A stretch of DNA of 64,000 bases from the human T2T-CHM13v2.0 reference genome, Homo sapiens: assembly GCF_009914755.1 (NCBI RefSeq), contig NC_060925.1. One strand, 5' to 3'. The notes beneath the pieces were generated by a model. That model saw only the letters and a program-made list of their open reading frames with translations, made no database searches and had not been told where the DNA came from. This document shows positions 1 through 12,678 of this stretch, one piece after another. The position numbers and the translations under genes are program-made. Position 1 is the stretch's first letter, and each line of letters begins with the position of its first letter.

Positions 1-215
1 GGAGAGTAGTTGGAATGGAGATGACAAGATGTGGTCAAATTCAGGATCCATACATAAGGTGGAGACAGCAGGATTTACTGGCATTTTATTAAGATGTGAA
101 ACATGACAGAAATCAAAGATAATTGCAAAAAAAAATTTTAACCTCATCAATAGAAACAATAGAGTTTCCATTATATCAAATGAAAAAGAAAACTTCTCAT
201 TTCCCAGAAGGAACA
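1..215 (-). mobile_element. L2 LINE fragment, interrupted by the L1M insertion
   Basis: Purine-rich sequence resembling antisense L2 ('aaggtggagacagcaggatttactgg...agagtttccatt'); resumes at ~1640. Confidence 0.65.
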
Positions 216-216
216 G

Positions 217-1640
217 GGACTTCTGATGTCTAGTCTGGCATATAAGGAGTTTGGAAGTCTTCACTCTATCTTAACAAGAAAAAAGCAGAACAAACTGGAA
301 GATCAACAACTCTTCTTAGATCTGTCAGAGAAGTGATGTCAAAAGCAAAATCACTGTCCCCTAAAATGGGAGAAAATGACAGGTGAATACAGACAACTTA
401 CTGGAACAAAAACCCATGCGCAGGAACCTCTGCAGGAACCAGTACCAGGATAGGAAAATCTAAACTCCCACTGAACATTTGCTGAAGGCTTAGTGTGGAC
501 AAATCTGTCTTAAAGGAGTCTCTGCACTTTTGTGAGTTTTAAATCCAGGAGCTCTATGAGGTTTGAGGAGGAAAAAAGTGAACATTTTGAAATGTACCAG
601 AGTATTCTCCTTTTTTTTATCAAGGCCTGCCCTCAAGAGAAACTATTTTATCAGAACTTAACCTATTGGGCTTTTATTAGAGCCTAACCAACCTAAGGGG
701 AGGAGAAGTACCCAACTCCAACCTCCTCTGCTCATCCTGTTCCACTTAGGGGATGGAATGGGGTCAGAATGAGAAGTATTTTTAAAGTTCACAGCACAAC
801 AGCACAGGCTCACTAAAAGAATGAAACTTAAAGTTAGACCTATGGAATACTTCCCCTTGCCCCATACTTTATGACCACATTCCTAAAGTCCTGTTTGCCT
901 GTTTCTTTTACCCAGTCTATTATGTCTGACTTTCAAAAAATTACAAGGCATGCGAAAAGGCAATAAAAACAAACCACACAGTTTGAAGAGAGAGAGGAAC
1001 CATCAGAACCAGACACGTCTGGGATGTTGGAATTATTAGATAGAGACTTTAAAACAACTATGATTAACACACTAAGGGCTTAATGGAAAAAGTATACAAC
1101 ATGATGGGCAATGTAAGCTGAGAGATAAAAAAAAATTAAAGAGTCAAAGAAATGTTAATGATCAATAACACTAAGGCAGAAATGAAGAATGCCTTTGAAT
1201 GGCACATTAATATACTGGGCATGGCTGAAGAAAGAATCTCTGATCTTTAGGGTATATCAATAGTAACTTTCAAAACTTTAAAGCAAAGGAGAACAGATGG
1301 CAAAAACAGAATAGAATATCGAAAACGTGGGACAACTACACAAGGTGTAACACATGTGTAATGAGAATATAGGAAGAAGCAGAAAGAGAGAAAGAGAAGA
1401 AATATTTAGTGCAATAATAACTGAGATTTTCTCAAAATTATTGCCAGGCACAGAACCACAAATCCAGGAATCCAAGAGAACGCCAAGCAGAATAAATGAG
1501 AAACAAAACAAAACTACACTGGACAGGAAATCAAGACAAAAAAATTTGAACGAAGCCATAGGGGAGTAGGGAACCCCTTAACATAAAGAAGAACAAAGAT
1601 AAGAATTACATCTAACTTCTCAGCGAAGCTATGGGAAGGG
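217..1640 (+). mobile_element. Old L1M (L1MC/L1MD-type) 5'UTR and degenerate ORF1, 3'-truncated
   Basis: L1M 5' end motif 'ggcatataaggagtttggaagtc'; ORF 1354-1569 (EEIFSAIITEIFSKLL...PQIQESKRTPSRIN) is recognisably L1 ORF1p-like. Confidence 0.8.
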
Positions 1641-2640
1641 AGATTTGGTAAAATTAAGGCTGTAGATTCAAATAGTTTTGAGTTTGAGATGTCTATCAAA
1701 CTCCAAGTGAAAATGTACAGTCAGATAGCTTCAGAAATTTGTAGTGTAGGAGAGATCTGTGCTTGAAATATACATTTAGGAGTCAATGTCATGTAGACAA
1801 CACTTAAAGCTACCAGAGTGGATAAGATCACTGAGAGAGTAAGTATTCATAGAGAGGAGAAAACAAGGCTGATCTCTGAGGCAAACTAACTTGACACTTT
1901 CAAAGTAAAAAGAAGGAGCAGCCAAAGAGCCTGAGAAGTGCCTTGTAAAGCAGAAGAAAACCCAAGAAACCTGGTGTCCTAAAAGCTAACTGAAGAGTAT
2001 GTAGCAAGGAAAAAAGGAGCAGTTGTTAGCATGCGGCTAGTAAGTAAATTAAGATGGGAACTGAGAATCTACTATTGGATTTAGCTGGTCGAAGGTCATT
2101 GCTGACCTCAGGGAGAGAAATTCTGATGGAGCTGTAGGGACAAAAGCCTAACTGGAGTGAGATTAAAATAAAGTGAAAAGAAACACAGTGTAGGGTGAAT
2201 GGTCCAGCCAGAATCCTAGAAAGGAAAACAAATACACAAAAATAGAAACAAGACACAAACTGTCAGAAAATGAGCTGCAAAGAATAAATGTTGCAGAGTG
2301 GCTACATTTATTGGTAATGGGAATATCTAGGGAGTGAGTGGTGCGGGTATGGTGGAAGACAAGATTATTTTAATAAAATTGAGGCCAGGTGGAGGTAGTG
2401 TTATCTACACCAAGAATTATGACAGAAGTAATTGGAGAGTGATTCTGAGCTAGGGCATAACTCATGGAAAAATGAGGAGGAATGATGCAGTTTGGAAGAT
2501 AGCCATAACTGAAGAATAGAGGGTTTAACAATTAGATGGAATGAAATACAATGCTTGAGGGTTTTAGGAGGGTTAAGAGAAAATTCTCTCAAACATGAAA
2601 TGAGAACCCAAGGACATCTACCTTATTGACGTACCCAGTG
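1641..2640 (-). mobile_element. L2 LINE fragment (continuation)
   Basis: 'gagtttgagatgtctatcaaactccaagtg', 'ggataagatcactgagagag' and 'ctattggatttagctggtcgaaggtcattgctgacct' match antisense L2. Confidence 0.75.
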
Positions 2641-3137
2641 GTACAAACTCTAAGAGGGAAAAAATATATGAGTAGGCTATAGGAGAAAGCATACTTAGCA
2701 AAACTCATCACTATTTGGGATTTGAGGTCCAAAATTAATGACACATATGGGGGAGCATCATTCATATTTTTTGCAAGGCTAAATTAAAACAAAAATTTCT
2801 AATTGCACGGTAATGTTTCAAAAAAGTACAAAGGCAGGGACAATGGAATTTATACGGTATGCAACTAATTGTATACAGAACTGACAATTCCCAAATAATC
2901 ATGAGGCAGAGACACTTTTTGACTACACTTCTCCTATCATCACCAGTAAACTAAAATTTGAGCCAAAATAGAGTTTAGTCATCCTTTTTGCAGGGCCTTT
3001 AACAGAAGTTGAAAGTCAATCATCAATTGACTTGTGCAAATTGGACTTGTAGCACAGCATTTTTTTTGCAGTGTATAATATATTAATATTTCATTCTGAC
3101 TATGCACATTAAGGAAGGATTTTTAAAAGGGGCACAT

Positions 3138-3517
<380 letters not shown>

Positions 3518-3669
3518 TTACACATATGTTACACTACAAATATGAGTTACCACCATCAAATCACTCCTCACTTATAAGTAATTTCTCCCTGCTCAATCTT
3601 AACTGAGAATGCTACTATATTCTATATATGTCCAATTATGTATATTTTTGGAGAACGAGGAAACTGTAG

Positions 3670-4764
3670 TATCGGGGGAACCCCCTCTCCCATATTTCAG
3701 TGTAGGTTCTTACTATTTTCCCTACGTGTTGGCTGGCTTAGAAATAAAGAGAAAGAGTACCAAGAGAGGAATTTTACAGCTGGGCCTCCAGGGGTGACAT
3801 CACATATTGGTAGGACTGTGATGCCCACCTGAGCCACAAAACCAGCAGGTTTTTATTAAGGACTTTAAAAGGGGAGGGGTGTATGAACAGGGAGTAGGTC
3901 ACAAAGATCACGTGCTTTAAAGGGCAATAAAGATCACAAGGCAATGGGCAAAGCTAAGATCACAAGGCAAAGGGTGAAATCAGAAACTCCTGATAAGGGT
4001 CTATGTTCAACTGTGCACATATTGTCTTGATAAACAGAAAACAGGCTTCGAGAGCAGAGAACCAGTCTGACCTCAAATTTACCAGGGTGGGGTTTCTTCC
4101 CCACCCTAATAAGTCTGAAGGTACTGCAGGAGACCAGGGCTTATTTCAGTCCTTATCTCAACCGCGGAAGACAGACACTCCCAGAGTGGCCATTTATAGA
4201 CCTACCCCCAGGAATGCATTCCTTCCCCAGGGTATTAATTATTCATATTCCTTGCTGGGAAAAGAATTCAGTGATATCTTCCCTACTTGCACATCCATTT
4301 ATAGGCTGTCTGCAATAAGAAAAATATAGCTCTATTCTGCCTGACCCCACAGGCAGTCAGACCTTATGGTTGTCTTCCCTTGTTCCCTAAAATCACTGTT
4401 ATTCTGTTCATTTTCAAGGTGCACTTATTTCATATTGTTCAAACACACATGTTTTACAATCAATTTGTACAGTTTAACACAGTAATGGTCCTGAGGCGAG
4501 GTACATTGTCAGCTTACGAAGAAAACAGGATTAAGAGATTAAAGACAGGCATAAGGAATTATAAGAGTATTATTTGAGAACTGATAAATGACCATGAAAT
4601 CCTCACAATTTATGTTCAGAGATTGCAGTAAAGACAGGTGTAAGAAATTATAAAAGTATTAATTTGGGGAACTGATAAATGTCCATAAAATCTTCACAAT
4701 TTATGTTCCTCTGCGACGGCTCCAGCCAGTCCCTTCGTTCAGGGGTCCCTGACTTCCCACAATA
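3670..4764 (-). mobile_element. MER11 solo LTR (HERV-K11/HML-8; MER11A/B-like)
   Basis: Minus strand begins tattgtgggaagtcagggacccc and ends ...ttcccccgata; has the internal 'aacataaattgtgaagat' repeats typical of MER11; perfect 6-bp TSD ctgtag (3664-3669, 4765-4770). Confidence 0.93.
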
Positions 4765-4789
4765 CTGTAGTATTTCGGTTCTCTTTTTA

Positions 4790-6170
4790 AAATAAAAAAC
4801 TCAATGGAATTATAACATAATGAAGTTTATTATAACGATACATGCCAAAAATGCACAAATCATAATTGAACAGCTTAAGGAATGAACAAATCCTTGTATT
4901 CACTCTGTTAAAAAAAAAAAAAAGCAAAACTCCACATTATTAGCACCCTAGAAGCTTTCCATGAACTCCATCCCAATCGCTATTATTCCCCCTTAAAGGT
5001 TACCAAAGTTTGACTTCTTCCCTGAAATTTGGGTTTTAAACTTTATATAAGTAAAGTTATATTATAGTACAAATAAGCAGAATTAAGATGGCTCCGAATT
5101 CCATCTTTATGGTATTAAAGGCCTGTACAGTCCCATTGAGTGCAGCAAGGACTTGTGAATATAATGGGATTTTAATTCCTGTGATTATGTTACTAATTAG
5201 TTGATTTTAAGTTATTCAAATAGGAGATTATATTTGATGAACTTGACTTAATTAGGTAGAACTTTAAGAGTGACTGAGCCCTTACTAAGAAAGAATTTCA
5301 AAACATTAAAGCCATAGATGTTTTCCTCCCTACCTTGAAGAAGTACACCGCCTTCCTATAAGAAAGTGACTTTGAGGAGTTGAGAGTTGGCCAATAGCCA
5401 GCAAAAAAGGCTGGTCAACAGCTAGCAAGAACACATGGACCTCAATTCTATAATTGCAAGGAACCAAATTCTGCCAAAGCTTAGATGAGTCTGAAAGAGT
5501 ACTGCAAGCCCCAAATAAGATTGCAGTTTCAGCCAGCCTCTGGATTTCAGCCTGGTGACATCCTGAGCAAAGGATCCAGCTACCTATTCCCAAATTCCTG
5601 ATTCATGGGAACTATGAAATAGTAAGTATAGGTTATTTTAAGATGCTAAATTTGTGACAATTTTTATGTAGCAATGGAAAACTAGTAAATGTAACATGTA
5701 CCCTTTTGGTCATGGCTTCTTTCAGTGACTATTATATTTGTGAGAATTATTCCTGTTGTTGTATATAGCAATAGTTTATTCATTTTTTTGTTGCTCTGTA
5801 GTATTCTACTGTATCAATATAATTACATTTCAGATTATCTATTCTACTATTGTTTCAAGTTTTTCGCTATTACAAATAGTGATATGAATATTCCTGAATG
5901 TGCCTTTTGGTGCACATACTCTGGTGGATAGGAGTGGAATTACATCTGTAGAATATGTATATGTTCAGCACTAATAGACACATAGACACTGGCAGTTTTC
6001 CAAAGCAGTTTTAACAAATTACAATTCCAAAAGCAGAGTGAAAGTCAAGTGCTTCCTATACTTGCAGGTAATTGATATTAATCTCGTCATTTTATTTGTT
6101 TCACTTTTTAAAGTTTAGTTTTCCTGATGGGTGTGTAGAATAATCTCATAGCAATGGTGATTACCAACCT
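4790..6170 (-). mobile_element. L1ME-type 3' fragments, split by the MLT1 LTR
   Basis: 'gtatatagcaatagtttattcattttt..ttgct' and 'gatatgaatattcctgaatgtgccttttggtgcacata' are typical antisense L1ME 3' end. Confidence 0.7.
5070..5689 (+). mobile_element. MLT1 (E/F-like) MaLR solo LTR
   Basis: Start 'gcagaattaagatggctcc'; end 'gctaaatttgtgacaattttt..gcaatggaaaactagta' matches MLT1 3' terminus. Confidence 0.8.
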
Positions 6171-7029
6171 TATAAATTATTTTCACCTTGATTATTTTTT
6201 GGGGGGTCTATGTACAGCCATCCTAAGTCCAATTTAAATTGTGTTATCCTCTCTTTAAACCAGCTAAGAGGATAAAGTAGGGACTTGACTTTTGTGGCAA
6301 CCTATGAAGAGATTATCCTTTTTAAGATCAGCAGGCAACTATAATTACAACAAAAAAGACACGATTTGATTTAAATCAAATCAGACTCTTTTTTACCTCC
6401 AACTACTTCTCCAAAGGTACTTCTGAACTCTGCAGTTCACCCTTAGTTCCAACTCCCACACAGAGTGTAAGCACAGCTGTTATGCACAGACATTACTAGC
6501 AATTTTAGCTCATCTTCATATCAACTTGTCAGAATTCCAGTGGTAAATGAAATAATTTTTTTGTTATTACATCCTCTAAACATTTTCTCCTTTTGCAATA
6601 GTTGATTCCAAATGGAAAAATAAATCTAAAAACCGTGAACTCTAAAAGAATGCAATATTTTAATTTTCATTAAATTGATAATAGAAACACTAAAATATGT
6701 TCATAAAATCAAGCTATTCCTCATAAGAAATACATCTCCATTAGTAAAAATGTCTTTTTCCTGGTCTAATATTTAATTCATGATAAGAAAAACATATCTA
6801 ACATAAATTATGAATAGAAATATAGAAATCACATAATTGCCCTGATGTGTCCACTGTGCAACTCATCAATCTATCTGTATTTATGCCTTATTGTAAGCAG
6901 ATTTTCTGTATACTAAATTTTACGATTAAACAAGGCGATTTACTGTTGGATTTTTTTTTTCATAGAAAACTGCCTCAAGGGTGAGAGGGGTTTCAAAATT
7001 ATTCCATTTATACAATACTAGCCAATAGA

Positions 7030-8238
7030 ATTTTATTTCCATGAAACATTTTAAGCCTACAAAACAGTATAGAAATAGCAAAAGGAATACTGTCACATGC
7101 ATCATTCACCACTTACAAATTTTAACAAGTTGTCATATGTGATTTAAAAATGCATGTCCAATAAATAAAATATGACAAACATTAACATTTTTTTTTCCTG
7201 CCCCAAGAGAGAATCACTAGCCTGAATTGTTTGCAGCTTATACCTGCAACTGAGAGTAGGCATCTTTGTCTTGTTCCAGTTCTCAAGGGGAATACTTCCA
7301 ACTTTTGCCCATTCAGTATGGTACTATAGATTGTGGCAAAAACAATGCAGAGAGGTCCACTGTACTCTTTACACCATTTTCCCTAATACCATTTTATATA
7401 ACTATAATACAATAACAAATCCAAGAAACTTACATTGGTAAGATCCTTATTCAAGATTGCCCCAGTTTTTCATGCACTGTCTTCCTAGATGAGTACTTGT
7501 ATGTGTAGGTACATATGTATGTGTATATAGTTCCATGCAATTTTGTCATATGTGTACATTCATGTAACCACCACCACACTAAAACTGTCCCATCACAAAT
7601 AATTCCCTGGTGTTACCTTTTATTGTTACACCCACTTCCACAATGGCTGTACCATTTTTCATTTTCATTAGCAACGTATGAGAGCTCCAAATTCTCTGCA
7701 TCCTCTACAGCATTTTACATTGTCACTATTATACCTTATTAATTTTTGTAATATTTGAGTTATAATATTTCATTGTGGTTTTAACTTTCATTTGCCTAAT
7801 CACTAATGATGTTGAATATATTTTCATGTGCTTACTTGTCTTTGTGTTTTTCCTTTTTGGTGAAATGTCTGTTCATTTCTCTTTTCATGTAAATGACTGT
7901 AGCTAGTCTTCTCACCATCTGAATGGTCTCTTTGGTAGATTAAAGGTTTTAATTTTTATAAGTTCAATACGTTAATTTTTGTCTATGGATCATGCCTTCT
8001 GTTTCACCTACAAAATATCTTTACCAAGTTCCAGGCCCTCAAAATTTTCTCCTACATTTTATTCTAAAATGTCTCATAGCTGTATTATCTTTTATTTAAG
8101 TCTGAGATCAATTTTGGATAATTTTTTCCTGTGACATTTGAGGCTTATTTTGAGGGTAATTTTTTTAGACTATGTATTTCTAATTAACCCAGCAGCATTT
8201 GTTGAAAAGAGTACCTTTCCTCCATTTAACTGCTTTAT
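7030..8238 (-). mobile_element. L1M (MC/MD/ME) fragments, including a short ORF2 piece at ~7250-7325
   Basis: 'gagagtaggcatctttgtcttgttccagttctcaagggg', 'ttcattgtggttttaactttcatttgcctaat' and 'cagcagcatttgttgaaaag'. Confidence 0.75.
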
Positions 8239-9742
8239 GAACTTACTAGAGACTTGTTAAATTGTTGTGACCAAAATGCTGATAGTGATATGGACAATGA
8301 AGTCCAGGCTGACATGGTCTCTGATGGAGATGAGGAACTTACTGGGACCTGGAGTAAAGGTCACTCTTGCTATGCTTTATCAATGAGACTGGTGGCATTG
8401 TGCCCCTGCTCTAGGAATCCGTGGAACTTCAAACTTGAGAATGATAATTTATGGTATCTGGCAGAAGAAATGTTGAAGCAGCAAAGCATTCAAGATGCCA
8501 CCTGTGTACTTCTACCAGCACATGTTCATATGTGTGAGCAAAGAGATGATCTGGAACTAGAACTTGTATTTAAAAGGTAAGCAGAGCATAAAAGTTGAGA
8601 AAATTTGGAGCGTGACCATGTGGTAGAAAAGGAAAACCCATTTTCTGAAGAGGAATTCAAGCTGGCTGCAGAAATTGATATAAGTAAAGAGGAGCAGAAT
8701 CTTCATAGCCAGGACAATGGGGAAAGTGCCTCCAAGGTATTTCAGAGACCTTTGTGGCAGCCCCTCCCATCACAGGCCTGGAGGACTAAGAGGGAAGAAA
8801 GGTTTCATGGGCCAGGTCCAGGGCCACAGTTCTCTGCGCAACCTTGGGACACTGAATTTCAGCCACTCCAGCGCCAGCCATAGCTAAAAGGGCCCAGATA
8901 CATCTCAGCTCACTGCTCCAGATATATGTCAGCCCTCTGCTCCAGATGGTGCAAGCTTTAAGCCTTGGCAGGTTCTACATAGTGTTAAGTCTGCAGGTGT
9001 GCAGAGGGGAAAGAGTTGAGGCTTGGGAGCTCCACCTAGATTTCAGAAGATGTATGGAAATGCCTGAATGACCAGGCAAAAGTCTGCTGCATGGGTACAG
9101 CTTCCATGGAGAACCTCTACTAGGGCAGTGCAGAGGAAAAATGTGGGGTTGGAGCCCCCACACAAAGTCCCCCCTGGGGCACTGCCTAGTGGAGCTGTGA
9201 GAAAAGGGCCACCATCCTTCAGACACCAGAATGGTAGACCCACTGACAACTTACATTGTGCACCTAGAAAAGCCACAAGCACTCAACGCCAGTCTCTGAA
9301 AGCAGCCACAGGGGCTGTACCCTGAAGAGCCACAGGAGCAGAACTTCCCATGGTCTTTGGAGTACACCCCTTACATCATGCTGCCTGGATATAAAACATG
9401 GAGTGAAAGAAGATTATTTCAAAACTTTGAGATTTAATGATTTCCCTGCTAGGTTTCAGACTTGCGTGGGGCCTGTAGCCCCTTTGTTTCAGCTGATTTC
9501 TCCCTCTTGGAAGAATGTATTTACCCAATGCCAAACCTCTATTGTATCTTGGAAGTAACTAACTTGCTTTTAATTTTAGAGGCTCATAGTTGAAAGGGAC
9601 CTGCTTGTCTCAGATGAGACTTTGGACTATGGACTTTGAGTTAATGCTGAAATGAATTTAGACTTGGGAGACTTTTGAGAAAGGAGGATTTTATTTTGCA
9701 ATGTGAGAAGGACATGAGATTTTGGAGGGATCAGGAATAAAA
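8239..9742 (+). mobile_element. MaLR internal region (MSTA-int/THE1-int type), lacking 5' LTR
   Basis: 'gaacttactagagacttgttaaattgttgtgaccaaaatgctgatagtgatatggacaatg'; ORFs 8254-9325 are MaLR-int remnants. Confidence 0.92.
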
Positions 9743-10127
9743 TGACATGGTTTGAATTTGTGTCCCCACTCAAATCTCATGTCTTAATTGTAATCCCCAG
9801 TGTCAGAGAAGGGACCTGGTTGGAGGTGATTGGATCATGGGGACAGATTCGCCCCTTGCTGTTCTCATGACAGTGAGTGAATTCTCCTGAGGACTCATTG
9901 TTTAAAACTGTATGACACCTCCCCTTTTACCACTGTCTTCCTCTGTCTTCAGTCAGGTAATATGTGCTTGCTTTCCCTTCACCTTCCACCATGACTAAGT
10001 TTCCTGAGGCCTCCCCAGCCATCCTTTCTATACAGCCTGTAGAAATGTGAATCAATTAAACCTCTTTTTTAATAGATTACGCAGTCTCAGGTAGTTCTTC
10101 ATAGCAATGTAAGAGCAGACTAATACA
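9743..10127 (+). mobile_element. MSTA LTR (3' LTR of the above)
   Basis: tgacatggtttgaatttgtgtccccac ... gagcagactaataca termini. Confidence 0.92.
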
Positions 10128-10518
10128 AGTAGCAAGCAAGAAACTGGTGTCAAGTCTAACTGAGGTTTCATGCCTGAATATCAGCACACTATTAATAGAT
10201 GTAGTCAAGTTACAAGACCAGAGGAAACGATGGTCAAATAGTACAGTGATTAGAAGTACAGCAGGGAATTTGGTGGAAAATGTGAACTATAAATGGAAAT
10301 AAAAGCTAATAATTATTTATGAGTTAAGGTTTTTTCTTCAGTGGATAGCTTTAACAAAAGATTTAGTTTTATCCTTTATGTTTGTATATATAAAATAAAA
10401 TAATTTGCCTACAATTACTTTTAAGTAATCCAGAAATGTATTAAATAGAAGGACAAGAAATTGCCAATACCTACCTTTTGAACTACAATGATAATATTTT
10501 GTGTTGCATTATATTTTT

Positions 10519-10910
10519 CATATTCACAATCTCTTATCTAAAATTTGGGGGTCCAATATATTTTATAATTCATATATATTTATTAATACCTATATCCACA
10601 TATATATCAGATAAGCTGTGTATATTCATAAACCTATATGTATGATCTATATAAATACATAGATAATTTTAGTGTATATATTAAATATTAATTACCACCC
10701 ATGACATAGGCTGTGACAGCACCCCATGAGCAAGCACATTAAAATTCTTTAACAAAAACTTAATAATATACACATTTGGTGTAATAAATAAAGTCAATAA
10801 ATACCCTCACTTTAATTCAGAATGAATTTTGCTATCAAATAGATTATTTTTAAAATTTGCTTTACAGAGCTTTTTACATTGTACAACTGCTGAAAAGACT
10901 TTTTGGACTA
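10519..10910 (+). mobile_element. MER46C-like Tigger (TcMar) non-autonomous element
   Basis: 'cacaatctcttatctaaaatttgggggtcca', 'cagcacccca..aagcacattaa' and 'aaataaagtcaataaataccctcac' resemble MER46C. Confidence 0.6.
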
Positions 10911-12026
10911 TCTTGGGTGCAATCAATACTATGTTTTTAAATACACATATTTTTGCCACACATATAAATATTTAAATAACTTATTTTTATCTGATTTTTA
11001 TAATGGACTAAAATGTTAATGGAGATCATGAAACTACATGTTTTTCTTTTCCTTTGATAGGATAATCAAATGTTATTGCTTAAACAATTCAAAATCAGAA
11101 ATCATGACCTACCATATCCTTAGGGAGAAACATATGATAGCAATAAGCAATGCATGTACATACTTGTAATTCAAAGGCACTGAGGCAAAAACTGTCAAAA
11201 CATTACTAAAATTGACAAGGATATATGGTTCATTAGGCTGGGAACTGATGCGTTATAAACCAGTTGGTGATCAGCTTAATAATTTGAATAAAGTCGCACA
11301 TTATTAAAAAAATTGTACTTGCTGTCATAATTAAATCTCAAATCATGTCTTGAAGAAAGGTACATGGGATTGTGGACGCTTGTTAAGAGACCAAACCTAG
11401 TGCCTATCAGAGCAGAATAATCAATAACCAAATTTAATATAGCATTGTTTTAATTGAAAATTTCTTACTGTGTTCTCACTATTGATTTTAAGACATAACA
11501 GTGTCAATAAACCAACTGTTTTTAAATTAACATAGAATTAACATAAATGATTCAACATTCAGAATGGTTAAATAAAACAAAAATTAGTTTTACCTGTAAG
11601 TGGAAATATATTGCATTTCTTGTAGTTATTTCTCCTGACTTCTGAAATCTACTCATGCATGCAAAATATTTTTGTTATTTATACTTGGCATTGTTAATCT
11701 AACAAGAGGCTTGTTCTAAAAGTTCCTTACCTGGTGTAGATTCTGTATAAATTATTTACCTTATTTCAGTTTTAATGTAAATACACGGTTGTATGAGAAC
11801 AGGTGTGTAAATATGTTAAAATTTACTGCTACAGAAAATTTTACCTGGAGATGGAGTGCTAAAATAGCATAAATCCGAAATGTGTGGAATTGTCTCAGAA
11901 GATGGGCAGTTGGTGAAGAAATAGATACTGTAGAAGTGAAACTGATAAGTCTTTTTGTAATCCTATTGTCTTTATTAACACAAAAGATAGACTATGTTAC
12001 CACCAAGCTTTTTATGTATTTTAAAG

Positions 12027-12365
12027 CAGAGGTCGTCAACCTTTATGGCACTACGAAATGGATTTGTGGAAAACAATTTTTCCATGTATTGGGAATGGGA
12101 GGAGGCAAATGGTTTTGGGATGAAATTGTTCCACTTCAGATCAGGCATTAGATACTCATAAGGAGTGAGCAGTCTAGATCCCTCACATGCATAGTTCATG
12201 TTAGGGTTTGCTCCTTTGAGAATCTAATGCTGCCACTGATCTGATAGGAGGCAGAGCTCAGGTGGTAATGCTCTGTTGCCTGCTGCTCACCTCCTGCTGT
12301 GAGGCCCAGATCCTAACAGGCCATGAATCAGTATAGGTCAGTGGCCCCGGGGTTAGGGACTTCTG
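12027..12365 (-). mobile_element. MER1B (hAT-Charlie) DNA transposon
   Basis: Termini cagaggtcgtcaacc / ggttagggacttctg; internal 'gagaatctaatgctgccactgatctga'; degenerate 8-bp TSD ttttaaag / ttatagag. Confidence 0.92.
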
Positions 12366-12652
12366 TTATAGAGGAATTTATTAGCATAAGTTGCAAAAAT
12401 GGAATGTGATCATTGCTTTTAGTAAAACTCTACAAAGTGAGATGAAGTCAGAAAAAAATTACGTAATTTGTAGACAAATATGGAAGGAGAAACAACCCAG
12501 TTAAGAGTAGTTTTCATTTTGTCACAAGTTGGTAATCATTAAGTTGAGGAAAACATGTGTCTGACATAGAGACCAATAAGTACAATATTCTCCAAGCTCA
12601 AGAACCGTGACAAGATAAGAAGTTTGGCTGTGGTTAGTTTCAGAAGATATTT

Positions 12653-12678
12653 GAGAGAGAGAGAGAGAGAGGGAGAGA
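12653..12678. repeat. (GA)n microsatellite
   Basis: Direct inspection. Confidence 0.9.

Noticed and set aside
8254-9325. ORFs in the MST internal region
   Set aside because: Fragmented MaLR-internal remnants with stops and frameshifts.
11731-11742. Possible 12-nt minus-strand microexon (AG|AATCTACACCAG|GTAAGG)
   Set aside because: The donor is good but the acceptor lacks a pyrimidine tract.
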